Shown one piece after another: positions 10,338 to 19,411 of a stretch of DNA of 48,929 nt. The notes beneath the pieces are model-generated. The model did no database searches, was not told the DNA's origin, and saw only the letters and a list, made by a program, of their open reading frames with translations. The number at the start of each line of letters is the position of its first letter. Position 1 is the stretch's first letter. The DNA is from Brooklawnia sp. (GTDB lineage Bacteria > Actinomycetota > Actinomycetes > Propionibacteriales > Propionibacteriaceae). Made by a program: the position numbers and the translations under genes. Where the stretch lies: positions 1-48,929 of the forward strand of contig NZ_JBASCI010000120.1 of the NCBI RefSeq assembly GCF_049651565.1, written 5' to 3'.

Positions 10338-11329
10338 CCTGCGCGACCAGACCGCCCCACGGTGGAAGCGGCTGCTGGAGTTGCTGCCGGGAACTTCGAG
10401 TTGCTAGACGCCGTGGTCGGTGCCTTGAAGCCGTCACCGAAGATGCCCTGCCATAGTTCGATGCTGCGCTCCTTGTTCTCCTCCTCGTACGCCTCCGTGA
10501 TCTCCGCGGCGTGGACATGGATGCGGTCTCGGAAGTAGCTATAGGTGGACTGCTCCCACCGATGGTCGAACGTCACACCGGACCCAGACGGGTCCGGAAT
10601 GGACGGCTTGGTCGGGCGGTCTTGAAGCCAGGCGTCGAGGTCGTTGACGATGTGCAGGAGTGCGGTCGGGACGTCGCTGTAGTAGTTCGGATCGATCAGC
10701 GTGCGCAGCGCAGTGACCTGCTCGCCGAGCAGCGTCGTCAGCAGTATGGAGCGAGTGCCGGTGAAGGAGTTCTTGTGGTCCCGCAGGTACTTCATCAGTC
10801 GGATGACCTTGCGGAGGTTGCCCTTCGCAAGCGAATCCTTCTCCTTCATCCAATCCGTGAACCCCTGAGGGTTGGTCAGTTCCCAGTCGTTGTCGTCACG
10901 GTTCACGATGACCTCGCGTCCGTCGGCGAGGTTCAGATGCGGAACGATGTCCAGGTGCATTGAGTTCGCGTAGACGAGCCGAACGCAGCGACACTTCCGT
11001 GAGTGCGGCATGTTCCCGTAGGTGCTATGCCGGTGCAGCGCCGCGTAGACCGCCTCGATGTACTGCTTGGGGTCGTCAGCCCAGTCCGGGTTCTCGCTCA
11101 CGTTGAGCATGAAGTCCGCATCGAACTCGTTGTTGCCGACGGGGTTGATGATGGTCCTGTGAGCCCATGAACCCTGGGGCGTCTTGCCCTGGATGAGCGA
11201 GCCGATCTGATCGTCGGCCTTTAGTGCCTTGTAGACCGACTCAACTCGCGAGTCAAGTAGATCCAGTTTTACCTGGCCGAGGTTGACGGTGTCCTTGAGC
11301 AGGACATTGAAGTAGTCAGTGAGCTTCAT
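10334..11329 (-). CDS. cGAS/DncV-like nucleotidyltransferase (CD-NTase, SMODS)
   Basis: QGSWAHRTII.P...EFDAD, CVRLVY...HLDIVP, TNPQGF..W and IRLMKYLRD motifs, between the patatin gene and cap2. Confidence 0.92.
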   Translation of the reverse strand: MKLTDYFNVLLKDTVNLGQVKLDLLDSRVESVYKALKADDQIGSLIQGKTPQGSWAHRTIINPVGNNEFDADFMLNVSENPDWADDPKQYIEAVYAALHRHSTYGNMPHSRKCRCVRLVYANSMHLDIVPHLNLADGREVIVNRDDNDWELTNPQGFTDWMKEKDSLAKGNLRKVIRLMKYLRDHKNSFTGTRSILLTTLLGEQVTALRTLIDPNYYSDVPTALLHIVNDLDAWLQDRPTKPSIPDPSGSGVTFDHRWEQSTYSYFRDRIHVHAAEITEAYEEENKERSIELWQGIFGDGFKAPTTASSNSKFPAATPAAASTVGRSGRAG

Positions 11330-12407
11330 CGGAGACCTCCGTGATCGACTTGCTGGTCGGGTCGCCGCGATGTGGGTCTCCGATCAAGGATGTGTACTCG
11401 GGTGCGCGATGAGTCGCGAACCGCTCGGTGTAGATGGGGCTGAGTTCGCGACTGACGGACGCCGCGAGACCGGCAAGGTCGTGTGGGTCGGCTGAGTCGA
11501 GTGCATACAGATCGCCTGGGACTCGCGCGTCGAACCTGGTGTAGGCGGACCTACCGATCAGATGCTCTGCGATGCCTTGTCCTCCTCGGCTCCCGGCGTT
11601 GAGAATGAGTGGCGCGATCGGCTTCGCCCAGTTGAACAGCCCACCGCGGTCAAGTCGCTTGGGGTGGTTTGTGAGTTGGTCGATGGTGCCCACGTTGAGG
11701 ACGCTGATCGATCCCAGTGGCACGTTGAGCATGCTCACGGCCTCAGCGATGGCGACGACGGAGGGGTTGTTGGCCCACACCCCGCCGTCGATAAGGCGCT
11801 GCCCGTCTACGCGTGCGGCCGGGAAGTAGATTGGCGCCGCCGAGGTCGCCATCGCGATGTCGACCATCGGAATGCGCCAGTCCCGGGTCAATCTGATGTG
11901 ATGGGGAGTCTTGAAGATGTGCACGGCGCCACGCTGGACGTCCCACGATGGGATGACTAGGCGCTTCGTGCTTTCGCCGAGCGTTCGATCCCCGAGCACT
12001 TCCGTCAGTGCCGATCGCAGCACGTCACCGTCATAGATCGGCGCGGTCAGCTGGCGCGGCCGCCGCCAAAGTCGTCTCCGCGAAACTGGGAAGACGGTCT
12101 TTACCAGCGCCTCGTAGTGACTGACGATCTCGCCCGGTGTGAGGCCCGCCCCCAGTCCGAGCGCCACGATCCCGCCTGCTGAGGTCCCTGCGATCAGATC
12201 AAATGAGTTGCTGATGCTGATGCCGAGGTCCTGCTCCAGCCTGGCGAGCACATGGGCGGTGAAGAGCGCCTTAGCGCCGCCACCATCCAGAGCCAGTATC
12301 TGGAACCGGCCCGAGTCCAGCTCGGGCCGGAGTTGGGTGCTGACTTCGTGCAGAGCACGCGGCACGTCGCCAGCGGCATCTGACGGATTTGCACGAACTA
12401 CACCCAT
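11316..12407 (-). CDS. capV: Patatin-like phospholipase, CBASS effector
   Basis: LALDGGG, GTSAG, ATSAAPIYF and DGGVWANNP motifs. Overlaps the CD-NTase start. TAGAAT 6 nt before the ATG suggests a leaderless mRNA. Confidence 0.9.
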   Translation of the reverse strand: MGVVRANPSDAAGDVPRALHEVSTQLRPELDSGRFQILALDGGGAKALFTAHVLARLEQDLGISISNSFDLIAGTSAGGIVALGLGAGLTPGEIVSHYEALVKTVFPVSRRRLWRRPRQLTAPIYDGDVLRSALTEVLGDRTLGESTKRLVIPSWDVQRGAVHIFKTPHHIRLTRDWRIPMVDIAMATSAAPIYFPAARVDGQRLIDGGVWANNPSVVAIAEAVSMLNVPLGSISVLNVGTIDQLTNHPKRLDRGGLFNWAKPIAPLILNAGSRGGQGIAEHLIGRSAYTRFDARVPGDLYALDSADPHDLAGLAASVSRELSPIYTERFATHRAPEYTSLIGDPHRGDPTSKSITEVSDEAH

Positions 12408-12451
12408 GTAACTATTCTATGTCGCCGCTCCGACACTGCCTCGGGCTCAGG

Positions 12452-15400
12452 TCACAGCGAGGGACCGAGTGACCTCTGCAAGACAGGTCGAGGCTCGCTA
12501 CGTTGCGCGCGGGCACCAGCGGCTTCGGCGGCCTGCGTGACTGCGGAACGCGCTCGGGCAGCGTCGATCCTCTGCGCCTCGGACACGGGCGGTGCTCCGA
12601 GCGGCGGCTCGTCGGTGATGCGGTAGCGGTCTCGGTACGCGGCGACCACCCTCGCCGCCTTCCGCCATACTTCTGCTCGCCGTGCATCGCTGGGTGATGC
12701 ACCAAGTGCTCTCGTCCAGGGTGCCTTGTCGGTGAGAGCGGCGTCCAGGACGGCATCTGCGCGGGCTTCGATGAGTGCTTCTCGTTCGTCGAGCGCGGCT
12801 CGCATCTCACCGTCACGCACTTCTCTCGCGCGTGGGATGAGCCCTGCGATTAGCTTGGGCGCTTTGCGGGCTCGTCCTGATCCGGCGGGGTGTGCGGTGG
12901 CACGGGCAACTCGGTAGTGGAGGACGGCGGCGATGTCGTCGGCGTCGGCGAAGCCGCGGGCCTGGATGAGGCGTGACAGCAGGGTCTCGATGTCGTGGTG
13001 GTTGGCTTCGGCGCGGCGGAGTTCTGCGGTGAGAGGGCCGAAGGCTTCGGACTCAACCGCGGCTTGGGCTTGCTCGACGGTGAGGCCGGACGCGCGGACG
13101 AGGGATGCACAGCGGTCGTGTTGTGCGGCCGCGGCGATGGTCTCGTACTCAGCGGCGAGTTGCGCGATCGACCTCCACTGTTCCTGCTCGGCTTTGATCG
13201 TCTCGTGGGCCGACAGTTCTGCGCCGACGTGCTGGAGCACTCCGGTCAAGACGCTGCGACTGGACGCGTTCGGGTCATCGCCGGGGTGCGGCTGCTGGTG
13301 ATCGTCGGCACGGTCGAGGATCACGTAGGCGTGGTTCGAGGCTCGGCCTCGGGTCATGGAGACGTAGAAGTTCTCCCTGGTCGCGGTCGGCTCGACCAGC
13401 ACGTGAGCGGTGTCGGTGGTGACGCCTTGGGCTCGGTGTGCGGTGATGGCGTATCCGAGATCGACATGCTCGGCGACGTATGCGGAGGGCAGGACGATCG
13501 CGCCACCGTAGGAGCGGCCTGGTCTGCGGATCGTGAGGCTGCCGTCGCCTCGAACGTCGGTGATGGTCCAGATGTCGCCGTTGCGCACCCAGTCGTTGCC
13601 GTTGCCGGCCGTGATCTTCCGGTCGTTGTGGCGGGTGATGACGGTGTCCCCAATGCCCGCATGGGTTCCGTCGTGCAGCTCGACCTCTTGATCCTGGGTG
13701 AGGGTCTCGTCGATGAGGAGGTCAGCGCGAGCGCGTTCGTTGAGCGCGGTCACTTGTTCGCGGGTTTCGGCGATCAGGACGGTGATGTGTCCGGCGTCTC
13801 GGTCGGCCAGCCAGGCGGTGTAGGCGGCGTCGGTCATGGTCTCGGTGTCGCCGTCTTGGATGCGGCCGTGGGCGAGGTAGGTGTCGATCACTGTGGTGTG
13901 GCCGTGGCGCAGGTCGAGGGAGGCGAGCTTCTCCCACGGCTGGTGGAAGCGGTGGACATCAATGAGTTCGACAGTGTCAGTGCGGTCGTGGGCGAGCATC
14001 GAGAACGCACCCCCGGCATCCACCGACTGAAGCTGGGCATAGTCACCAACGAGCAGCACCTTCGCACCCGTCTGTTGAGCGAGGCCAGTGATCCGGTCCA
14101 GGGAGAGAGTGCCGGCCAGGGAGGCTTCGTCAACGATGACCAACTGCCCGGCGGTGAAGGTGTGCCCTTTGGTGAGGTGGTTTTGCCACCACATCGCGGT
14201 GTTCTCGGTGGCGATCCCGAGATCGTCGGCGAGGACCTGCGCGGCCACCGCCGACGGGGCGAGCCCGACCACGGAGCCTTTGCCGTGCTCGGCTTCCCAT
14301 GCACGGCGGAGCGCGTTCATCGCGGTGGTCTTGCCCGCCCCGGCGGGACCGACGAGCACGTCGAGCACCCGACCCGACACTGCGATCCGCGTCAACGCCT
14401 CGGCCTGATCCTCACCCAACACCAGCCCGTCCGCGTCGGGCTTGCGGGCGATCTTCTCGACGGTCGCGAGGGTGACGGTCGGGCCAGTGAGGTCACGGGA
14501 GCGGTCGAGCAGCCGGTCTTCCGCAGCGAGCTGGCCCTCGGAGGTGAAGACCGCGGAGTTGACCGGACGGAACACCGAGGTGCCGTCGTCGCGCCGGAAC
14601 ACGACTGGCGAGAGCGAGAGCTCGGGCGGTGTGAGCCGAAGGGATGCGAGCTGGGCGGCGTCGGTGACCATCGCGATCACCGATTCGCGGTCGTTCATGG
14701 TGGCGAAGCGCCAGCCCATCGTCTGCCTCGCGGCTTCGGCCATGAGGTTCCACCGGCGCCAGGTCGAACGCTTCTCACCAACTGTTTCGACGACGGATCG
14801 GCCGATGTCGCGGATCACGTCAAGAGGGATGTCGTCGGCACGCAGCAACAACGGTCCGTCGTTGTCAGTCGCGTCCATCGCCCACCGGGTCGCATCCCGG
14901 CCAAGGACCGTGGTGGCTCGAGTTCGCCACTCCTCGGTCAGATCAGCCAGAGACCGGACCTGCTTGTCCGGTCGCGTGGAGAGCGTGGCCTGAGCGCGGA
15001 GCTTCATCAACGCTGCTGGTGTTGGGCGGCGACCGCGCGCGGCGACGTACTCGTCGATGAGCCGGTCGGTCTCGATGTCGATATGGCGCGCGCGGCTGGA
15101 GAACTCGCTCACCAGGGTCTCCGGCACGGCGGTGATCGCCCAGGCAGGGTTGCGGTCGCGGCCCATGTCGCGGGCCTCCCATTCGACGCCGAAGATGCGG
15201 GTCATGTGGTCCGCGAACACCGCCTCATGCAGCTCCGAGAGCGCGACGACGGCAGCGTGCATCGGCCTGCCATCCAGTGAGCGCCACTTCCCATCGAGCT
15301 TCGTCTTGGCCTTGTTGCTGATGACGACATGGGTGTGGAGGTGGGGGTCGCCCGCGCGGGAGTCGAAGTGATCGAACGCGGTCGCGATCAGCCCCTCGAC

Positions 15401-16009
15401 ATCGACCTGCGCAACGGCCCCGTCACCTGCGGTTGCACCGGTACGGGTAGCCGCAACGTCCCGTTCCATGAACGCAACCACCTCCGCAACCGCACGGTGA
15501 TGCGCAGCCCCGATCATCGCCTGCACCCCTGCATCAGCGACGGCCCAGAGCACGCTGGCGGACTTCGGGATCGAGAACGTGAAGTCGAACCCGGCCACCG
15601 CACGACGCCCAGCCCGCGCGTTCTCCTCAGCCACGATCAGCGCGACGGCCTCACCCTTCGCGCCAGGCGTCAGCGTGGCATCGAGCTTCGCGATCCGGGC
15701 CTCGATCCGCTGCTCTGTCGTCTTGAAAGCGGGGAATGCGAGCCCGAGTTGCTTGCCGGTGATCGGATCGCAGCCAGAGCCCATGAGGAGCTGGAGTTGG
15801 TCTTCGGAGACGCAGTCGCCGACGACCAACTCGCCCTTGCCGAGCGAAGCAACGCCGTTGCCGAGCCACCGGCCTGGTGGGGTGCCTTCCTCGATGAAGT
15901 AGCGGGTCAGCGGCGTCGAGAGAGACCGGTCTCCGTCGGCGGCCGCGACGGTCTTCAGCAGGTACTTGTAGCCATCGCCCGCGCTCATCACGCGCATCGA
16001 AACCGTCAT
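12452..16009 (-). CDS. MOBF (TrwC-like) relaxase-helicase
   Basis: Start MTVSMRVMSAGDGYKYL after GGGAGG. GFDFTFSIPKS, HUH motif HFDSRAGDPHLHTH, helicase GPAGAGKTT, VDEAS, LVGDYAQL and YAITAHRAQGVT. Confidence 0.95.
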   Translation of the reverse strand: MTVSMRVMSAGDGYKYLLKTVAAADGDRSLSTPLTRYFIEEGTPPGRWLGNGVASLGKGELVVGDCVSEDQLQLLMGSGCDPITGKQLGLAFPAFKTTEQRIEARIAKLDATLTPGAKGEAVALIVAEENARAGRRAVAGFDFTFSIPKSASVLWAVADAGVQAMIGAAHHRAVAEVVAFMERDVAATRTGATAGDGAVAQVDVEGLIATAFDHFDSRAGDPHLHTHVVISNKAKTKLDGKWRSLDGRPMHAAVVALSELHEAVFADHMTRIFGVEWEARDMGRDRNPAWAITAVPETLVSEFSSRARHIDIETDRLIDEYVAARGRRPTPAALMKLRAQATLSTRPDKQVRSLADLTEEWRTRATTVLGRDATRWAMDATDNDGPLLLRADDIPLDVIRDIGRSVVETVGEKRSTWRRWNLMAEAARQTMGWRFATMNDRESVIAMVTDAAQLASLRLTPPELSLSPVVFRRDDGTSVFRPVNSAVFTSEGQLAAEDRLLDRSRDLTGPTVTLATVEKIARKPDADGLVLGEDQAEALTRIAVSGRVLDVLVGPAGAGKTTAMNALRRAWEAEHGKGSVVGLAPSAVAAQVLADDLGIATENTAMWWQNHLTKGHTFTAGQLVIVDEASLAGTLSLDRITGLAQQTGAKVLLVGDYAQLQSVDAGGAFSMLAHDRTDTVELIDVHRFHQPWEKLASLDLRHGHTTVIDTYLAHGRIQDGDTETMTDAAYTAWLADRDAGHITVLIAETREQVTALNERARADLLIDETLTQDQEVELHDGTHAGIGDTVITRHNDRKITAGNGNDWVRNGDIWTITDVRGDGSLTIRRPGRSYGGAIVLPSAYVAEHVDLGYAITAHRAQGVTTDTAHVLVEPTATRENFYVSMTRGRASNHAYVILDRADDHQQPHPGDDPNASSRSVLTGVLQHVGAELSAHETIKAEQEQWRSIAQLAAEYETIAAAAQHDRCASLVRASGLTVEQAQAAVESEAFGPLTAELRRAEANHHDIETLLSRLIQARGFADADDIAAVLHYRVARATAHPAGSGRARKAPKLIAGLIPRAREVRDGEMRAALDEREALIEARADAVLDAALTDKAPWTRALGASPSDARRAEVWRKAARVVAAYRDRYRITDEPPLGAPPVSEAQRIDAARARSAVTQAAEAAGARAQRSEPRPVLQRSLGPSL

Positions 16010-16295
16010 CGCTGCCTCCCGTCCTGACGAGCAGGTGAGCACCAGAGAACCGCTCCCGAACGCCACTGCCCAGGGGCTCTACCTCGACCTGCAAGAGGCG
16101 TGTCCTCTCAGGAGGTGGGTCCGAGAGACGAACGGCCTGGGTAGTCGGAATCGGTACGGCGGGCGTTCGAGTGACGGTGAGGCCCGACGTGATGAGGGCA
16201 GCAAGGCGTGGCCTGCTCGTGCACCTGACAGGTGACCAGCCCGGCATCAGAACTCAAAGAACTGGAGTCGGGGTCGCCCGTCATTCGGAGCCCTC

Positions 16296-17393
16296 ATGCA
16301 CGACAAGGAAGACCAGCCGCCGCGACTCAAGATCGGGTCGCTGTTCAGCGGCTACGGCGGCCTCGACCTCGCCGCCGAACACGCCTTCAACGCCGAAACC
16401 GTGTGGTTCTCCGAACTCAACGAACCCGTCTCCGCCGTCTTCTCGCGCCACTGGCCGGGCGTCCCGAACCTCGGCGACATCACCACCATCAACTGGCACG
16501 AGGTCGAGCCCGTGGACATCCTCATCGGCGGCTTCCCCTGCCAAGACGTATCCACCGTCGGCAAACGCGCAGGCCTCGCGCCCGGCACCCGCTCCGGCCT
16601 GTGGGCGCACATGGCCGAAGCCATCGACACACTCAAACCCGAATGGGTCGTCATCGAGAACGTCCGAGGGCTGCTGTCCTCCCCAGCGACGCGACCGACC
16701 ACAGAAGGAGACCGGAATGACTCACGCAACCCCGGCGACGCAACCCCCGACGGCGCAGCCGTTCGCGAGCTGGAACCCGACCCGTGGCATCTGGGAGACA
16801 ACGCAGCTCGACCTCTACGGGCTCACGGCGCCGTTCTCGGCGATCTGGCCGACCTGCGGCTGGATGCACGATGGATCGGCCTACCGGCTTCCCTTGTCGG
16901 CGCTCCTCACCACCGCCTCCGCATCTTCATCCTCGCCCACCGCACGCTTCCGCACCCCACTCGCGACCGACTCCTCACGCGGCGGCGAGACCCTCGACCA
17001 GGTACGGGCAAGGCGAGGGACGATCGCGCTCTCGCACCAGATCATCGACTTCGCTCTCCACGGACCGCATGGCTCACCGACCAAGAGGCGCGAGTCGGAG
17101 ACACTGTGGTCCCTGATCGACGGACTGTTCAACGCTGGGGACGCTACGCCGACGCCATCGCCCGCTGAGAACACATCACCGGACGCCCCGCCCCGGCCCC
17201 GGCGCTCCTGAACGACACCGACGGACCTCGCCCCGCGCCAGCGTTCGTCGAGTGGCTCATGGGGCTACCGGCCGGATGGGTCACTGATGCTGGCGAGCTG
17301 ACGCAGAACCAGCAGATCACCGCCCTCGGAAACGGAGTGCTTCCGCTTCAAGCGTGCTCAGCCCTCCGATCCCTCGTGGGTCCAAAGGCCTAG
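16296..17393 (+). pseudogene. DNA (cytosine-5) methyltransferase with an in-frame TGA at 17166-17168
   Basis: Motifs I (SLFSGYGG), IV (GGFPCQD), VI (IENV) and VIII (PHHRLR). After the TGA the same frame continues to FVEWLMGLP and LGNGV (motifs IX/X) and a TAG at 17393. Confidence 0.88.
16717..17211 (+). CDS. Nested +1-frame ORF (164 aa) inside the methyltransferase gene, possible second MTase polypeptide
   Basis: It has its own SD (GAAGGAG, 16704-16710) 6 nt before the ATG. The sequence is protein-like: WNPTRGIWET.QLDLYG...IWPTCG...RTPLATDS. Confidence 0.55.
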   Translation: MTHATPATQPPTAQPFASWNPTRGIWETTQLDLYGLTAPFSAIWPTCGWMHDGSAYRLPLSALLTTASASSSSPTARFRTPLATDSSRGGETLDQVRARRGTIALSHQIIDFALHGPHGSPTKRRESETLWSLIDGLFNAGDATPTPSPAENTSPDAPPRPRRS

Positions 17394-19411
17394 AACGGCG
17401 GGTCTTCGCTGCTCCAGGGAGAGGGTTCGGACTCCGGCTGGGCGAATGGTGGAGCGTCGTCTCCGAGCGCTTCGGGAGAATCCAGCGCTGAGAGCGGCGC
17501 TTCTTCCAAGGGCCTCAGCCAATCGGCAGCGATAGACATCGTCCGGCTGTTGGGCTCCGTTTCCGGTGCAAGAGGGCTGATCCTCACGATCACCGGCACC
17601 TGCGCTGATACGCCAGCGACCACGCAGACGCCTCTTGGAAGGATGGGTAACTGTTCGAAGGACACCCGGTCCAGATAGGAGACCGCCTTCTCAATCGCCA
17701 GCACATCGAGATTGTTCACAAGACGGTGAAGGAAGTAATTGTGGAGCTGCGAAATGATCGTCGGTGAGATGTCGTGGGGGCGCTGGCTGGCCAGCGTCAA
17801 GAACACCCCAAACTTGCGGCCCTCCTTGACGATCTCTTCGAACGTCTCAAGTCGGTAGTCGCGCCAAGCCTCGCTCTCGCGTGATGATTCCAAGGACAAT
17901 ATATTGTGAGCTTCGTCGATAATGAGGTTTAGGTACCGCGCGTTGGTTGGGTCTGTCTCCTTCTTTAGATCGTAGAGATGCTTGCACAGCAGCATCGGGA
18001 TCACCTTGCGCATCGACAAGTTGACATCACGCAGCGACACAACCGTCAAGGGCGCATCGTACTGGTCGCCGTCGTCCTCAACCGTGATCAGCTTCTTGAT
18101 GTCGGGCACTCGGGTTTCAAGACGCTTGATCAGAGGCGACAGGTGCTCGCGGTTGGAGAAGCCACTGATGATGTCGTTGTAGTACTGGAGCACGATCTTG
18201 AAGCGAATCAGGTCGATCCCCGGCTCGATCGTCGAAAAGTCGATCGGGAGAGCCACGATCTTGTCCTTCGTCAGTGACTCCCAGGTTGAATGATCGGGAT
18301 CGACGTAGTTGGTCCATTCTCCCCAGAAGAATTTTCCCTGCGTCGCGTTGTAATGGAGGTTCGTCTGGAAATCTTCGATCACGGCGGCCAACTCTTGGGG
18401 TGCCGTCGAGCCGAGACAGGTCTGGACCTCAGCCAGGAGGTTCAGTAGCGTCTGTCGGTCGACGGACTTGTCGCTGCTCTTCGTGGCGCGGAGGACCATG
18501 TCGCCAAGAACGGTCGAAAGGTCGTTGGGGTCTGCGAGCCGTCGATCCCAGTAGTCGCTGTTGAGGACGCGCGCGAGGAATGGGGCCTGTGTCTTCTCTG
18601 TGGCGTCGAGGAGTACCGTCCAGAAGGCGAGGTCGCTGACCGCGTTCGATGGAAGCGGTAGACGTGGACCACTACCGCTACGAGTGCTTAGCGCGTACTC
18701 GCGCTTATTCGCATCACTCGTCATCACAGAAGTGGAGCGGTTGTCCCCGCCCGAAGCGTCGCGGTTGAGGTACTCCCCATTGAAGTCAATCAGAACGAAC
18801 TGTGACCGTTGGCGGAAGGTATCCAATGCGCCGTATCGCGCGAACAGTTCGTGGTAGAGCTTGGCCAGCGTGTACGACTTGCCGCTGCCAGTGTTGCCGA
18901 AGATTCCAACGTGGCTCGCGAAGATGGAGTTCACACCCACGGACACGCTCTGTGTCGGTTCCATCGCGAGGACACCCACCTCGATGGGCGTGTCTGAATC
19001 TTCGACGAAGGAGTGGATGAGTCCAAACTCAGCCTCCGTGAGGATGAAGCACTCGTTGTCGAGGAGAGGCAGCTCTCGTACTCCCCGCTCGAAGCGCCCG
19101 CCCTCGATATACCCGATCAGACTGACCTGGAGCCGGCGGTTCATCGGATCGACTCCGCGCTTGTAGATGGGGGACGCGCTGCGATCCTGTTCGATGAGCT
19201 CGCCGTCGACCTTGGCGATCAGTTCCGAAAACCCCTTGGTGATCTTGAGGTAGCCTCCGACCGCGACGTTGCGGACGATGCCGCCCTGAAAGAGCAGGTG
19301 CGCGCCGTTCTTGAGCTTGTCGACGGCCACGTGAACCTGCCTTCCCTCGACCGAGACGACGCGACCAACCCGGAAGACATCTTCCTGCTCAACAGCGTCG
19401 CCCTCAAGCAT
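17390..19411 (-). CDS. herA: HerA/FtsK-family ATPase (DUF87)
   Basis: N-terminal barrel GRVVSVEG, Walker A HVGIFGNTGSGKS, IDFNGEY, IIDEAHN, KEGRKFG..L.LASQRP and LHRLVN. The start overlaps the SIR2 stop. Confidence 0.92.
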   Translation of the reverse strand: MLEGDAVEQEDVFRVGRVVSVEGRQVHVAVDKLKNGAHLLFQGGIVRNVAVGGYLKITKGFSELIAKVDGELIEQDRSASPIYKRGVDPMNRRLQVSLIGYIEGGRFERGVRELPLLDNECFILTEAEFGLIHSFVEDSDTPIEVGVLAMEPTQSVSVGVNSIFASHVGIFGNTGSGKSYTLAKLYHELFARYGALDTFRQRSQFVLIDFNGEYLNRDASGGDNRSTSVMTSDANKREYALSTRSGSGPRLPLPSNAVSDLAFWTVLLDATEKTQAPFLARVLNSDYWDRRLADPNDLSTVLGDMVLRATKSSDKSVDRQTLLNLLAEVQTCLGSTAPQELAAVIEDFQTNLHYNATQGKFFWGEWTNYVDPDHSTWESLTKDKIVALPIDFSTIEPGIDLIRFKIVLQYYNDIISGFSNREHLSPLIKRLETRVPDIKKLITVEDDGDQYDAPLTVVSLRDVNLSMRKVIPMLLCKHLYDLKKETDPTNARYLNLIIDEAHNILSLESSRESEAWRDYRLETFEEIVKEGRKFGVFLTLASQRPHDISPTIISQLHNYFLHRLVNNLDVLAIEKAVSYLDRVSFEQLPILPRGVCVVAGVSAQVPVIVRISPLAPETEPNSRTMSIAADWLRPLEEAPLSALDSPEALGDDAPPFAQPESEPSPWSSEDPPF

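Noticed and set aside
12995..15280. Long antisense ORFs (761 aa here; also 3870-5324, 40430-42160, 44011-45408)
   Set aside because: They lie opposite well-supported genes and lack motifs, as expected for shadow ORFs in high-GC DNA.
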